From the UHGV virus genome UHGV-0055581: a stretch of DNA of 40,858 bases, one strand, 5' to 3'. Of the stretch, positions 9,699 through 19,373 are shown one piece after another. The position numbers and the translations under genes are program-made. Below the pieces are notes generated by a model. That model was not told the DNA's origin, ran no database searches, and worked only from the letters and a program-made list of their open reading frames with translations. The stretch comes from a virus. How positions within the stretch are numbered: the stretch's first letter is position 1; every line of letters starts with the position of its first letter.

Positions 9699-9980
9699 AT
9701 GGGTACTATTGCAACTAAAAGCAAGAAAGCGGCTCGCATCGAGTCGGCCTTGCTGAACAAACTGGCACTGATGGGGCAGAAGACATTCGCTCGAGCAATG
9801 GGGGTTCCTGAATATCAGGTAAGCCGATGGAAGAATGGTTTCTTCTCGCAGGTAAGCATGATGCTTGCTGTTCTGGAATACGGAATCGAAGACGATGAAA
9901 TGGCTGAATTGACTAAGCAGCTTGCCGATTACCTGACAAAAGAAAAAGCCCCGAAGAACGGCGAATTCTTCGAGGCCTGA
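9699..9980 (+). CDS. cII: CII transcriptional activator
   Basis: 93 aa; [14 protein letters not shown]...SRWK...MLAVLEYG resembles lambda CII ([14 protein letters not shown]...SRWK...MLLAVLEWG) by recollection. Confidence 0.8.
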   Translation: MGTIATKSKKAARIESALLNKLALMGQKTFARAMGVPEYQVSRWKNGFFSQVSMMLAVLEYGIEDDEMAELTKQLADYLTKEKAPKNGEFFEA

Positions 9981-10012
9981 TGTAGAAAGACTGGATCAAT
10001 CCACAGGAGTAA
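9938..10012 (-). ncRNA. oop: OOP-like antisense RNA (terminator overlapping the cII 3' end)
   Basis: Minus-strand hairpin CGAAGAA-loop-TTCTTCG followed by a T-rich run inside the cII 3' end, in the position of lambda oop; 5' end and promoter not defined. Confidence 0.4.
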
Positions 10013-10013
10013 T

Positions 10014-10163
10014 TATGACAAAACAACTCAGTCCTTACCAGGACAAAATTCACAAACACATACTACGTGATCGCTTCCTGTCCAGCTTCAAGCAGCCTGG
10101 TCGATTCCGGGCTGAGTTGGAAAAAGTGAAGCTGATGCAGAAGGAGAAAGGTCATGAGTAACA
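10014..10163 (+). CDS. Small hypothetical protein (49 aa) between cII and O
   Basis: Manual translation [48 protein letters not shown]; 3' end overlaps the O start. Confidence 0.35.
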
Positions 10164-11053
10164 TATCTAATCTAGCCGAAGCCAGAGAGGCCAGAAGGCT
10201 ACAACAACCGCATCAAAGCAGCGGTAAGGGGTATGCCTTGCTGCACCGTAAAATTATGGATGTGCCGTTTTACAAGGACGCAGAAGCAGCGCATCTGTGG
10301 GTTCACTTAATCCTCAAAGCAAAGCATACGCCTGAGTATGTAATGACTGACGCAGGAGAAATTCTGGTAGGCAGAGGGAAGCTACTTGGCGGTAGAAACT
10401 CTCTGGCGTTTGAAACAGGACTCAAACCAGATCGCGTTCAGTACCTGCTTAGAAAGTTCAAAAAACTCGGCATGATTGACTGGGTTTCACACGGTAAATT
10501 CTCAGTTTTCTCGGTAGAGAAATATGACGATTATCAGTCAAATTTTGTACCAGCAGATTACCAGCAAATTACCACCTCAAAGCCAGCAATACCAATGCCT
10601 GCAAGCAATACTGTACCAGCAGATTACCAGCAAATTACCACAGATAAAGAATATAATAATATTATCTCTAATACTGACGTATTAGAGAGTACCGCAGCAG
10701 ACAAAAAGTCTGACAAGAAAAAACCTTCCGTCAGCTGTCAGGATGTTGTCGATGCTTACCACGAAATCCTTCCTGAAGCGCCAAGAATCCGCGCACTGAA
10801 TGACAAGCGTAAAAACCAGATCCGAACGTTCTGGCGCAAAGCCGGAGTGATAACCCGCCAGCTTGACGGGCATGGGTTCACGATGCAGGACTGGAGAAAT
10901 TATTTGAGCTACGTAGGCGAAAATTGCCGATGGATGTTCGAAGAGCGTCCAAACCATCAACGCGGAACCGTCTGGCACAAAAAGGGATTTGATTTCCTGC
11001 TTAACGATAATACCTACCTGAAAGTTCGTGAGGGTGAACACGATGACCGATAA
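10154..11053 (+). CDS. O: Replication initiator, O / P22 gp18-like
   Basis: 299 aa; sits directly downstream of cII and upstream of a helicase; contains internal iterons and an AT-rich tract like lambda O/ori. Confidence 0.8.
   Translation: MSNISNLAEAREARRLQQPHQSSGKGYALLHRKIMDVPFYKDAEAAHLWVHLILKAKHTPEYVMTDAGEILVGRGKLLGGRNSLAFETGLKPDRVQYLLRKFKKLGMIDWVSHGKFSVFSVEKYDDYQSNFVPADYQQITTSKPAIPMPASNTVPADYQQITTDKEYNNIISNTDVLESTAADKKSDKKKPSVSCQDVVDAYHEILPEAPRIRALNDKRKNQIRTFWRKAGVITRQLDGHGFTMQDWRNYLSYVGENCRWMFEERPNHQRGTVWHKKGFDFLLNDNTYLKVREGEHDDR
10547..10690. repeat. ori: Origin of replication: two 29-bp perfect direct repeats (each with two ATTACC-type iterons) plus adjacent AT-rich tract
   Basis: GTACCAGCAGATTACCAGCAAATTACCAC at 10547..10575 and 10612..10640, followed by an AT-rich segment 10641..10690, all inside the O-like gene. 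Confidence 0.8.
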
Positions 11054-12479
11054 TTTTTATGCGCCGCCCCATAGCATCGAGGCAGAGCAGGCGGTGATTG
11101 GTGGATTGCTTCTGGATGATGACAGCAGTGAGCGCGTCCGGAAAGTCCTGGCGATGCTGAAGCCTGATTCATTTTACAGCCGACCACACAAAATCATTTT
11201 CGAAGAAATAACCAGAATGCACCGTGAGCAAAAGCCAGTAGATGGCCTGACGCTTTTCGATGAACTGGAGCGTAAATCGTTAACGGTGTCTGTTGGCGGT
11301 TTTGCTTATATCGCTGAGATCGCAAAGAACACGCCAAGCGCAGCAAACATCGTTGCCTATGCAATGCAGGTTCGTGAAACCGCAATGGAACGCTACGCCA
11401 TCAACCGCATGACTGAAGCGACGGAATTGCTCTATTCCCGCAACGGAATGACTGCAACGCAGAAGTACGAAGCTATTCAGTCGATTTTCACGCAACTGAC
11501 AGACCATGCAAAAACCGGATCGCGTCGCGGCCTTCGCTCATTTGGTGAGGTCATGGAAGACTGGGTTAGCGACCTTGAGAAGCGATTTGACCCGTCAGGC
11601 GAACAACGAGGAATGAGCACAGGGATCCCATCGCTGGACAGGATGCTGTCACCGAAAGGCCTGGTGAAAGGCTCTCTGTTTGTCATTGGCGCTCGCCCTA
11701 AGATGGGGAAAACGACGCTATACAGCCAGATGGCAATCAACTGCGCAGTGCATGAGAAAAAGCCCGCTCTGATGTTCAGCCTTGAAATGCCCGGTGACCA
11801 GATACTGGAAAAACTGGTAGGACAGAAGTCAGGTGTTAACCCGAATATTTTTTACCTTCCGGCGACAAATGACGCTGATGACGGCTATCAGGGTGATTAC
11901 GATGGTGACTTCAACAGGGCGATCGAAACAGCCAATCGCTTGAGTGAAATCGACCTGCTTTACATCGACGACACGCCGGGATTATCTCTGTCTCAAATCG
12001 TCAGCGAAAGCCGTCGAATCAAGCGAGAAAAAGGATGTGTTGGCATGATTCTGGTCGATTACCTGACACTAATGACCGCTGAAAAGGCCGATCGCAACGA
12101 CCTTGCTTACGGCATGATCACCAAAGGACTGAAGAACCTTGCCAAAGAGCTTGATTGCGTTGTTGTGCTTCTGACACAGCTTAACCGCGCACTGGAAAGC
12201 CGAACCAATAAACGCCCATTGCCAAGTGACTCACGAGATACAGGGCAGATTGAACAGGATTGCGATTATTGGGTGGGGATCCATCGTGAAGGTGCTTTTG
12301 ATGACAGTGTTCCACCTGGTGAAACCGAACTAATCCTTCGCCTCAATCGTCATGGCAATACCGGCACGGTGTATTGCATTCAGGCAAATGGCGCTATTTA
12401 TGACACAGACCAACAGTCTGCTGAAATGCGCCGCCGTGAACGCGAGGAACCGCAGTCCAAGAAGAAAGGAGGATTCTGA
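11043..12479 (+). CDS. Replicative DNA helicase, DnaB family (P22 gene 12-like)
   Basis: N-terminal DnaB-type domain (HSIEAEQAVIGGLLLDDD), Walker A GARPKMGKTT, Walker B-like ILVDYL; ATG at 11043 with GAGGG RBS preferred over the GTG at 11028. Confidence 0.9.
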   Translation: MTDNFYAPPHSIEAEQAVIGGLLLDDDSSERVRKVLAMLKPDSFYSRPHKIIFEEITRMHREQKPVDGLTLFDELERKSLTVSVGGFAYIAEIAKNTPSAANIVAYAMQVRETAMERYAINRMTEATELLYSRNGMTATQKYEAIQSIFTQLTDHAKTGSRRGLRSFGEVMEDWVSDLEKRFDPSGEQRGMSTGIPSLDRMLSPKGLVKGSLFVIGARPKMGKTTLYSQMAINCAVHEKKPALMFSLEMPGDQILEKLVGQKSGVNPNIFYLPATNDADDGYQGDYDGDFNRAIETANRLSEIDLLYIDDTPGLSLSQIVSESRRIKREKGCVGMILVDYLTLMTAEKADRNDLAYGMITKGLKNLAKELDCVVVLLTQLNRALESRTNKRPLPSDSRDTGQIEQDCDYWVGIHREGAFDDSVPPGETELILRLNRHGNTGTVYCIQANGAIYDTDQQSAEMRRREREEPQSKKKGGF

Positions 12480-12507
12480 TGACCATCTACATCACTGAGC
12501 TAATAAC

Positions 12508-12539
12508 AGGCCTGCTGGTAATCGCAGGCCTTTTTATTT
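12508..12539 (+). terminator. Rho-independent terminator after the helicase gene
   Basis: AGGCCTGC-loop-GCAGGCCT hairpin followed by TTTTTATTT. Confidence 0.65.
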
Positions 12540-12566
12540 GGGGGAGAGTAAATCGTGGCTGAGTTT

Positions 12567-12761
12567 ATGCTCGTCGCATTCAAATGCGTTGGCGTTGGAT
12601 GGATTCTTCTGACGTTTTTTATTGTTCTGCATAGCTACATTCGTCTTGTGAATGACGGTAAAGACCCATGGTATACGTTGTTTGGCGCTGCATTTGTCTG
12701 GGTGATTATCGGTGTTATGCCTGTTGTCGTAGCAAAAATGGCGTGGCGTTTTGTGAGTTGA
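12567..12761 (+). CDS. Small membrane protein (nin region)
   Basis: Two hydrophobic segments; start ambiguous (GTG 12555 or ATG 12567). Confidence 0.45.
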   Translation: MLVAFKCVGVGWILLTFFIVLHSYIRLVNDGKDPWYTLFGAAFVWVIIGVMPVVVAKMAWRFVS

Positions 12762-12778
12762 ACTGAGGGTAAGTATCG

Positions 12779-13063
12779 ATGGACGAATCAAGAAAGCAGT
12801 TTGAAGAAAGTTGGTTGCGACGTGGAGGCGAATCATCAGACCTTATCCGTTACCCTGAAAATCACCATGAAATTGGCAGTGGTGATATTGGTGGTCAATA
12901 CGTGATGGACGATGTTCAAGGCCACTGGAAAACGTGGCAGGCATCGCGAGCAGCTATTGAAATTGAGTTGCCTGTATGGTTTGTCAGTGATGCTATTGCT
13001 GTGTACGACCGTGACGATATCGATGAATCCATCCGCGCCGCTGGAATCAAAGTGAAGGAGTGA
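12779..13063 (+). CDS. Hypothetical protein (94 aa, nin region)
   Basis: ORF with typical operon packing. Confidence 0.5.
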   Translation: MDESRKQFEESWLRRGGESSDLIRYPENHHEIGSGDIGGQYVMDDVQGHWKTWQASRAAIEIELPVWFVSDAIAVYDRDDIDESIRAAGIKVKE

Positions 13064-13065
13064 GT

Positions 13066-13251
13066 ATGAGTCGACGAAGTAGCTTTTTGGGGTTTGTAAT
13101 ATTCCTGTTCTGCACTGGTTACATCGTAATCTGGTCAATTTCGAACATTGACCGTGGCGGGGAATATCTCATTGTAATGTTCTTTCCTTTGTTTCTTGGG
13201 TGGTACGCCGCAAGGTTGCTGGAAGAATGGGGTTACAGGCATAAAAAATAA
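13066..13251 (+). CDS. Small membrane protein (61 aa)
   Basis: AAGGAG RBS 5 nt upstream of ATG; hydrophobic segments. Confidence 0.5.
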   Translation: MSRRSSFLGFVIFLFCTGYIVIWSISNIDRGGEYLIVMFFPLFLGWYAARLLEEWGYRHKK

Positions 13252-13262
13252 AGGAGTATTCA

Positions 13263-13673
13263 GTGAAGCAAACAATCTTCCTCCGAACTAAGCAACAACA
13301 GCAAGCTGCAATAAATGCCATCCTCGCAACACCACTCGATAAAGACAAGCCAGTCACAATCCGCATTACTGACTACAAGCGCAACCTTGACCAGAACGCA
13401 AAATTTCACGCGATGCTGGCGGATATCGCACGTCAGGTTCAATGGTGCGATAAATGGTTAAAACCAGAACAATGGAAGGTTTTGTTGATAAGCGGTCATG
13501 CAGTGGCGACAAAGCAGGAAGCTGATGTTTTGCCCGGGCTTGAAGGCGAATACGTCAACATTCGTGAGAGCAGCGCACAGATGAGCGTGAAGCGTATGGC
13601 AAGTCTGATTGAGTACACGACAGCATGGGCTATTGGTAAGGGTGTCAGATTTACCGACAGGAGGTACGAATGA
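13263..13673 (+). CDS. ninB: NinB (Orf-family recombination mediator)
   Basis: 136 aa; [19 protein letters not shown] resembles lambda NinB DQNRKLWACLGDVSRQVEW by recollection; GTG start with AGGAG RBS. Confidence 0.8.
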   Translation: MKQTIFLRTKQQQQAAINAILATPLDKDKPVTIRITDYKRNLDQNAKFHAMLADIARQVQWCDKWLKPEQWKVLLISGHAVATKQEADVLPGLEGEYVNIRESSAQMSVKRMASLIEYTTAWAIGKGVRFTDRRYE

Positions 13674-13846
13674 GACGACAGCGACGAAGTATCACCGACA
13701 TCATCTGCGAAAACTGCAAATACCTTCCAACGAAGCGCTCCAGAAATAAACGCAAGCCAATCCCAAAAGAATCTGACGTAAAAACCTTCAACTACACGGC
13801 TCACCTGTGGGATATCCGGTGGCTAAGACATCGTGCGAGGAAATGA
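13670..13846 (+). CDS. ninE: NinE-like protein
   Basis: 58 aa [30 protein letters not shown]...; ATGA overlap with the ninB stop; matches lambda NinE by recollection. Confidence 0.65.
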   Translation: MRRQRRSITDIICENCKYLPTKRSRNKRKPIPKESDVKTFNYTAHLWDIRWLRHRARK

Positions 13847-14250
13847 CAATGCTTTTAATTCAACCTGGATTTGGACTTAGCATCAAAAAAGGCCACATGT
13901 TTGGCGAGAAAGAGTCACAACGAAAAATGGTGTCTATCCGGTTGCCATTTATCAGTATTTATTGGCTAAACAGGGAGGCAACAAATTATTGGTATACATG
14001 CGCCAGAGCAGCATTTAACGACCCTGACTGGTTTGTGAAAAACCACCACGCAGTTCGTCAGGCAAAGAGAAAGGCCAACATGACATACATGAAGGCGTAT
14101 CAAAAAGCATGGAAAGAACACCGCGATCGATACCAACAAGACATGGAAAAGCTTGAATCAGAAAACATGGAATTAAGACGAAAGCTTGGTGAAGCAAAAC
14201 GAGACATTGATGCTTACAAGCGACTTTTTAATGGTGAAAGCCATGCTTAG
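13843..14250 (+). CDS. Hypothetical protein (135 aa, nin region)
   Basis: ATG overlapping the ninE stop (ATGA); basic/coiled-coil C-terminus; no family recognised. Confidence 0.45.
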   Translation: MTMLLIQPGFGLSIKKGHMFGEKESQRKMVSIRLPFISIYWLNREATNYWYTCARAAFNDPDWFVKNHHAVRQAKRKANMTYMKAYQKAWKEHRDRYQQDMEKLESENMELRRKLGEAKRDIDAYKRLFNGESHA

Positions 14251-14419
14251 CCCATCCCAATCCCTTCAATACCAGAAAGAAAGCGTCGAGCGGGCTTTAA
14301 CGTGCGCTAACTGCGGCCAGAAGCTGCATGTGCTGGAAGTTCACGTGTGTGAGCACTGCTGCGCAGAACTGATGAGCGATCCGAATAGCTCAATGTACGA
14401 GGAAGAAGACGATGAATGA
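14243..14419 (+). CDS. ninF: NinF-like protein
   Basis: [51 protein letters not shown] matches lambda NinF by recollection. Confidence 0.75.
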   Translation: MLSPSQSLQYQKESVERALTCANCGQKLHVLEVHVCEHCCAELMSDPNSSMYEEEDDE

Positions 14420-15134
14420 GTTAATAAATGGCAATGCCATCAAAATGACAAGCATTGAAATCGCTGAGTTGGTGGGAAGTCGTCCAGATAACGTAAAAAT
14501 ATCAATAGAGCGCCTTGCTAAATCTGGAGTTATTCAACTTCCTGCATTGCAGGTTTTCGAAAAAATCAATAACTTAGGACTGCGCCGTAGTGTCGAGGCT
14601 TACGTCTTCGAAGGCGAACAAGGTAAGCGCGACAGCATTATTGTCGTTGCCCAGTTGTCGCCGGAATTCACCGCTCGTCTTGTTGACCGTTGGCGAGAGC
14701 TTGAAGAAGCTGCGGTTAATATCCCCAAAACGCTACCAGAAGCGTTGCGCCTTGCTGCTGATCTTGCTGAGCAGAAAATGCAACTGGAAAACCAGCTCGC
14801 AATTGCCGCACCTAAAGTTGAGTTTGCCGATCGCGTTGGCGAGGCCAGTGGAATTTTGATTGGAAACTTTGCAAAGGTTGTTGGAATTGGTCCAAACAAA
14901 CTGTTTGCGTGGATGCGCGATCACAAAATCCTTATTGCTTCAGGTTCCCGGCGCAATGTGCCAATGCAGGAATATATGGATCGCGGCTATTTCACAGTGA
15001 AAGAAACAGCAGTCAATACAAATCACGGAATACAGATATCGTTCACCACAAAAATCACCGGGCGTGGTCAACAGTGGCTGACCAGAAAGCTGCTCGATAA
15101 CGGAATGCTGAAAGTAACAGGGGAGGCTGCTTAA
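14412..15134 (+). CDS. Phage regulatory/antirepressor-like protein (Rha or P22_AR_N-like N-terminus, KilAC-like C-terminus)
   Basis: 240 aa; N-terminal MTSIEIAELVGSRPDNV motif and C-terminal ...GIGPNKLFAWMRDHKIL... resemble antirepressor/KilAC domains (recollection, moderate). Confidence 0.55.
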   Translation: MNELINGNAIKMTSIEIAELVGSRPDNVKISIERLAKSGVIQLPALQVFEKINNLGLRRSVEAYVFEGEQGKRDSIIVVAQLSPEFTARLVDRWRELEEAAVNIPKTLPEALRLAADLAEQKMQLENQLAIAAPKVEFADRVGEASGILIGNFAKVVGIGPNKLFAWMRDHKILIASGSRRNVPMQEYMDRGYFTVKETAVNTNHGIQISFTTKITGRGQQWLTRKLLDNGMLKVTGEAA

Positions 15135-15424
15135 TGGCTAACCTACGCAAAGAAGCTCGCGGCAGAGAATGCCAGGTACGTATTTACGGCATATGCAATG
15201 GCAATCCTGAAACTACAGTTCTGGCACATTACCGGATGGCTGGAATTTGCGGAACTGGAATGAAGCCTGATGACCTGATCGGCGCATGGGCTTGTAGCGC
15301 GTGTCACGATGAAATCGACCGACGCACCCATAATCTCGACAACAAAGACGCCAGACTTTACCACCTCGAAGGCGTGATCAGGACGCAGGCGATACTGCTG
15401 AAGGAGGGGAAGATTAAGCCATGA
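15134..15424 (+). CDS. NinX-like protein (DUF1364-type, Cys-rich)
   Basis: 96 aa; position between nin genes and rusA as in P22-like nin regions; several Cys/His. Confidence 0.55.
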   Translation: MANLRKEARGRECQVRIYGICNGNPETTVLAHYRMAGICGTGMKPDDLIGAWACSACHDEIDRRTHNLDNKDARLYHLEGVIRTQAILLKEGKIKP

Positions 15425-15783
15425 ACGAATATCAGTTTGTGCTTCCTTACCCGCCGTCGGTGAATACCTACTGGCGAAGACGGGGAAGCCAATACTACAT
15501 CAGCGATAAAGGCCAGAAATACCGAAAAGACGTTCAGCAAATCATCCGCCAACTCAAGTTAGACATTTTCACCAAATCACGACTCCGCATCAAAGTCATC
15601 GCAGACGTTCCAGACTCCCGCCGCCGCGACCTCGATAACATCCTGAAGGGCTTACTCGACTCCCTTATCCACGCCGGGTTTGCGGAAGATGACGAGCAAT
15701 TCGATGACATTCGCGTAATTCGTGGCGTGAAAGTACCAGGCGGAAGGCTTGGAATAAAAATCACCGAACTGGAGAACGCATGA
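15421..15783 (+). CDS. rusA: RusA-family Holliday junction resolvase
   Basis: 120 aa; YPPSVNTYW...DLDNILKGLLDSL motifs are typical of RusA. Confidence 0.85.
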   Translation: MNEYQFVLPYPPSVNTYWRRRGSQYYISDKGQKYRKDVQQIIRQLKLDIFTKSRLRIKVIADVPDSRRRDLDNILKGLLDSLIHAGFAEDDEQFDDIRVIRGVKVPGGRLGIKITELENA

Positions 15784-15968
15784 ACGCCACAATTCAAACG
15801 ATACCAGAGCTTCTTATCCAGACACGAGGCAATCAGACCGAAGTGGCGAGGATGCTTTCCTGCGCAAGAGGAACAGTGCTCAAGTACAACCGAGACAGCA
15901 AAGGCGAGCGTCACGTAATAGTTAACGGCGTCCTGATGGTCAAACAGGGCAAGAGGGGTAGACCATGA
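15780..15968 (+). CDS. ninH: NinH-like protein
   Basis: 62 aa; TIPELLIQTRGNQTEVARMLSCARGTVLKY resembles lambda NinH by recollection. Confidence 0.7.
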   Translation: MNATIQTIPELLIQTRGNQTEVARMLSCARGTVLKYNRDSKGERHVIVNGVLMVKQGKRGRP

Positions 15969-16588
15969 GACTCGAAAGTGTAGCTAAATTTCATTCGCCA
16001 AAAAGCCCGATGATGAGCGACTCACCACGGGCCACGGCTTCTGACTCTCTTTCCGGTACTGATGTGATGGCTGCTATGGGGATGGCGCAATCACAAGCCG
16101 GATTTGGAATGGCTGCATTCTGTGGTAAGCACGAACTCAGCCAGAACGACAAACAAAAGGCTATCAACTATCTGATGCAATTTGCACACAAGGTATCGGG
16201 GAAATACCGTGGTGTGGCAAAGCTCGAAGGAAATACTAAGGCAAAGGTACTGCAAGTGCTCGCAACATTCGCTTATGCGGATTATTGCCGTAGTGCCGCG
16301 ACGCCGGGGGCAAGATGCAGAGATTGCCACGGTACAGGCCGCGCGGTTGATATAGCAAAAACAGAGCAGTGGGGGAGAGTTGTTGAGAAAGAGTGCGGAA
16401 GATGCAAAGGTGTCGGCTATTCAAGGATGCCAGCAAGCGCCGCATATCGCGCTGTAACGATGCTAATCCCAAACCTTACTCAACCCACCTGGTCACGCAC
16501 TGTTAAGCCGCTGTATGACGCTCTGGTGGTTCAATGCCACAAGGAAGAGTCAATCGCAGACAACATTTTGAACGCGGTCACACGTTAG
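15965..16588 (+). CDS. Q: Late-gene antiterminator Q
   Basis: 207 aa; MRLESVAKFHSPKSPMMSDSPRATASDSLSGTDVMAAMGMAQSQAGFGMAAFCGKHELSQ... matches lambda Q by recollection. Confidence 0.95.
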   Translation: MRLESVAKFHSPKSPMMSDSPRATASDSLSGTDVMAAMGMAQSQAGFGMAAFCGKHELSQNDKQKAINYLMQFAHKVSGKYRGVAKLEGNTKAKVLQVLATFAYADYCRSAATPGARCRDCHGTGRAVDIAKTEQWGRVVEKECGRCKGVGYSRMPASAAYRAVTMLIPNLTQPTWSRTVKPLYDALVVQCHKEESIADNILNAVTR

Positions 16589-16630
16589 CAGCATGATTGC
16601 CACGGATGGCAACATATTAACGGCATGATA

Positions 16631-16700
16631 TTGACTTTTTGAATAAAGTTGGGTAAATTTGACCCAACGATGGGTTAATTCGCTCGTTGTGGTAGTGAGA
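16631..16700 (+). promoter_or_regulatory. Late promoter PR' with qut site
   Basis: TTGACT -35 and downstream sequence correspond to the lambda PR'/qut region as recalled. Confidence 0.7.
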
Positions 16701-16800
16701 TAAAAAGAGGCGGCGCTTACTACCGATTCCGCCTAGTTGGTCACTTCGACGTATCGTCTGGAACTCCAACCATCGCAGGCTGAGAGGTCTGCAAAATGCA

Positions 16801-16860
16801 ATCCCGAAACAGTTCGCAGGTAATAGTTAGAGCCTGCATAACGGTTTCGTGATTTTTTAT
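16801..16860 (+). terminator. tR' terminator (end of the short lambda 6S-type late leader transcript)
   Basis: ATCCCGAAAC...GTTTCGTGAT hairpin followed by TTTTTTAT, matching lambda tR' with one stem mismatch. Confidence 0.75.
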
Positions 16861-17410
16861 ATCTGCACAACAGGTAAGAGCATTAAAGAACTGGCAAAGA
16901 GCTTAACGGTCTGCGAAAGCATTTCTTAGTGGCACAACTGGCCGGTACAACTGAGTGCTCTTTCCGGTGTGGTGAATGCGCAGGCTGATGCGCGCAGGAG
17001 AGCTTCGGAAGAACAAGGTGCCTGTATACAAGCCGGAGATCAGCGCCGGCCACCACAGCCAAATCCACCCAGAGCAAAACCGTTGTTCATCCTTACCATT
17101 CCCTCAGTATTTTGGGCTACAACCCTCAGCCCATTTTTTAAAGCGTACTTCCACCAAGAACCAGACCTAACCAACTCATTGCTGACACTCTGTGGATACG
17201 GTTGTCTAGTGCGCTTTAAAAAAGAAAACCCAGCATCAATGGCTGGGCTTCGTGATATGAGCGGCATGTATTGTTGGCGCAATCCACGCCTGATTTGCTC
17301 ATGAATGCGGTCACGAACAAACCCGTTACAAATCAACCGTAACCCGGATTTGTTCAAGCGACCATATCTATAATTCCTAATTTGAACAGATCCCCTTCTG
17401 GGGGTAAGAC

Positions 17411-17734
17411 ATGAAGATGCCAGAAAAACATGACCTGTTAGCCGCCATTCTCGCGGCAAAGGAACAAGGCATCGGGGCAATCCTTGCGTTTGCAATGGCG
17501 TACCTTCGCGGCAGATATAATGGCGGTGCGTTTACAAAAACAGTAATCGACGCAACGATGTGCGCCATTATCGCCTGGTTCATTCGTGACCTTCTCGACT
17601 TCGCCGGACTAAGTAGCAATCTCGCTTATATAACGAGCGTGTTCATCGGCTACATCGGTACTGACTCGATTGGTTCGCTTATCAAACGCTTCGCTGCTAA
17701 AAAAGCCGGAGTAGAAGATGGTGGAAATCAATAA
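17411..17734 (+). CDS. S: Holin/antiholin S (dual start Met1-Lys2-Met3)
   Basis: [70 protein letters not shown]... matches lambda S by recollection. Confidence 0.95.
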   Translation: MKMPEKHDLLAAILAAKEQGIGAILAFAMAYLRGRYNGGAFTKTVIDATMCAIIAWFIRDLLDFAGLSSNLAYITSVFIGYIGTDSIGSLIKRFAAKKAGVEDGGNQ

Positions 17735-18194
17735 TCAACGTAAGGCGTTCCTCGATATGCTGGCGTGGTCAGAAGGAACAGATAACGGACGGCAGAAAAC
17801 CAGAAATCACGGTTATGATGTTATTGTCGGTGGCGAGCTGTTCACTGATTACTCCGATCACCCCCGCAAACTTGTCACGCTAAATCCGAAACTCAAATCA
17901 ACAGCCGCCGGACGTTACCAGCTTCTTTCCCGTTGGTGGGATGCCTATCGTAAGCAGCTTGGCCTGAAAGACTTCTCTCCGAAAAGCCAGGACGCTGTGG
18001 CACTGCAACAGATTAAAGAGCGTGGCGCTTTACCGATGATTGATCGCGGTGATATTCGTCAGGCTATCGACCGTTGCAGCAATATCTGGGCTTCACTGCC
18101 TGGCGCTGGTTATGGTCAGTTCGAGCATAAGGCTGACAGCCTGATTGCAAAATTCAAAGAGGCTGGCGGAACGGTCAGAGAGATTGAGGTATGA
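17718..18194 (+). CDS. R: Endolysin R (lytic transglycosylase)
   Basis: [51 protein letters not shown]... matches lambda R by recollection. Confidence 0.95.
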   Translation: MVEINNQRKAFLDMLAWSEGTDNGRQKTRNHGYDVIVGGELFTDYSDHPRKLVTLNPKLKSTAAGRYQLLSRWWDAYRKQLGLKDFSPKSQDAVALQQIKERGALPMIDRGDIRQAIDRCSNIWASLPGAGYGQFEHKADSLIAKFKEAGGTVREIEV

Positions 18195-18628
18195 GCAGAG
18201 TCGCCGCGATTATTTATGCTCTGGTTATCTGCATCATCGTCTGCCTGTCATGGGCTGTTAATCATTACCGTGATAACGCCACCGCCTACAAAGAGCAGCG
18301 CGATAAAGCCATATCCATCATCGCTGATATGCAGAAGCGGCAACGTGATGTAGCAGAACTCGACGCCAGATACACAAAGGAGCTTGCTGATGCTAACGCG
18401 ACTATCGAAAGTCTCCGTGCTGATGTTTCTGCTGGGCGTAAGCGCCTGCAAGTCGCCGCCACCTGTGCAAAGTCAACGACCGGAGCCAGCGGCATGGGCG
18501 ATGGAGAAAGCCCAAGACTTACAGCAGATGCTGAACTCAATTATTACCGTCTCCGAAGTGGAATCGACAAGATAACCGCGCAGGTTAACTACCTGCAGGA
18601 GTACATCAGGACGCAATGCCTGAAATAA
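18191..18628 (+). CDS. Rz: Spanin inner-membrane subunit Rz
   Basis: N-terminal TM segment plus coiled coil; strong similarity to lambda Rz by recollection. Confidence 0.9.
   Translation: MSRVAAIIYALVICIIVCLSWAVNHYRDNATAYKEQRDKAISIIADMQKRQRDVAELDARYTKELADANATIESLRADVSAGRKRLQVAATCAKSTTGASGMGDGESPRLTADAELNYYRLRSGIDKITAQVNYLQEYIRTQCLK
18390..18575 (+). CDS. Rz1: Spanin outer-membrane lipoprotein Rz1 (embedded in Rz, +1 frame)
   Basis: Signal sequence with lipobox-like LLGVSAC followed by a Pro-rich region ([16 protein letters not shown]); fully embedded in Rz as in lambda. Confidence 0.75.
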   Translation: MLTRLSKVSVLMFLLGVSACKSPPPVQSQRPEPAAWAMEKAQDLQQMLNSIITVSEVESTR

Positions 18629-18659
18629 TTTTTTTGCAAATCACAAAGTCAATTTAATG

Positions 18660-18686
18660 AGCCTCGCGATGCGGGGCTTTTTTATG
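18660..18686 (+). terminator. Rho-independent terminator after Rz
   Basis: GCCTCGC-GAT-GCGGGGC hairpin followed by TTTTTTAT. Confidence 0.6.
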
Positions 18687-18830
18687 TCCGCAGTAAACGC
18701 GCTTCACACGCGCGACTTATGAACACAGAACCTTTCAGGATGACCCTTGAGGATGCCGGTTTGGTGATCGGTGCCTTTCTGTGGGCCGGAATCCTGTGTG
18801 ACAAGGTTCATCACTAAAAGGTGAACACTG

Positions 18831-19373
18831 ATGAATTATCCAACTATCGTTAACGGCATCGATTTCCGAGATCTGATTTTTGTGGCAAACAACGATCCGG
18901 TTACAGATTCTTTTATGGTGGCAAAAGCATTTGGAAAGCTGCCGAAGAACGTAGTTCGTGACATTGAACGAACCATAGAAGCTTGCCCTCCTGAGTTTGA
19001 TACAAAGCTCAACTTTGAGCTTTGCTATAAAAACAATGAGTTACAGAATGGTAAGCCGCAAAAATTCTACCGTCTCCGCAAGGATGGGTTGATGCTTTTG
19101 GTTATGTCCTACACCAAAAAAGAAGCAATGCGTATCAAAATTGCTTACATCAACGCATTCAACTGGATGTACGCCATGCTTCAGGTTGGTCATCGTCAAT
19201 TTGAAGAAGAGCGAAACGCCGTAATGCTGGAGTACATGAAAGAAAAGGATGTCGCCAGCATGTCTGGCCGTCTGCTCAATCGCTGGGGAAAAATTAAGAA
19301 GCCTCAGCTAATGGCGAGAATTGAACGCCTTGAACAGCACGGGCAAACCGTAATCCCCGGACTCACTAATTAA
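18831..19373 (+). CDS. rha: Rha-family phage regulatory protein
   Basis: 180 aa; N-terminal VTDSFMVAKAFGKLPKNVVRDIER fits the Rha-family signature (recollection). Confidence 0.7.
   Translation: MNYPTIVNGIDFRDLIFVANNDPVTDSFMVAKAFGKLPKNVVRDIERTIEACPPEFDTKLNFELCYKNNELQNGKPQKFYRLRKDGLMLLVMSYTKKEAMRIKIAYINAFNWMYAMLQVGHRQFEEERNAVMLEYMKEKDVASMSGRLLNRWGKIKKPQLMARIERLEQHGQTVIPGLTN

Noticed and set aside
12479-12562. 27-aa ORF starting at the helicase stop (ATG overlapping TGA)
   Set aside because: Its sequence is essentially the terminator hairpin and T-run; more likely a terminator than a gene.
16860-17410. Possible cargo (toxin or tRNA genes) or coding ORFs between tR' and S, including the 151-aa minus-strand ORF 17040..17495
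   Set aside because: The region is homologous to the lambda noncoding late leader; the minus ORF overlaps the S start; I see no tRNA-like cloverleaf; no convincing gene.
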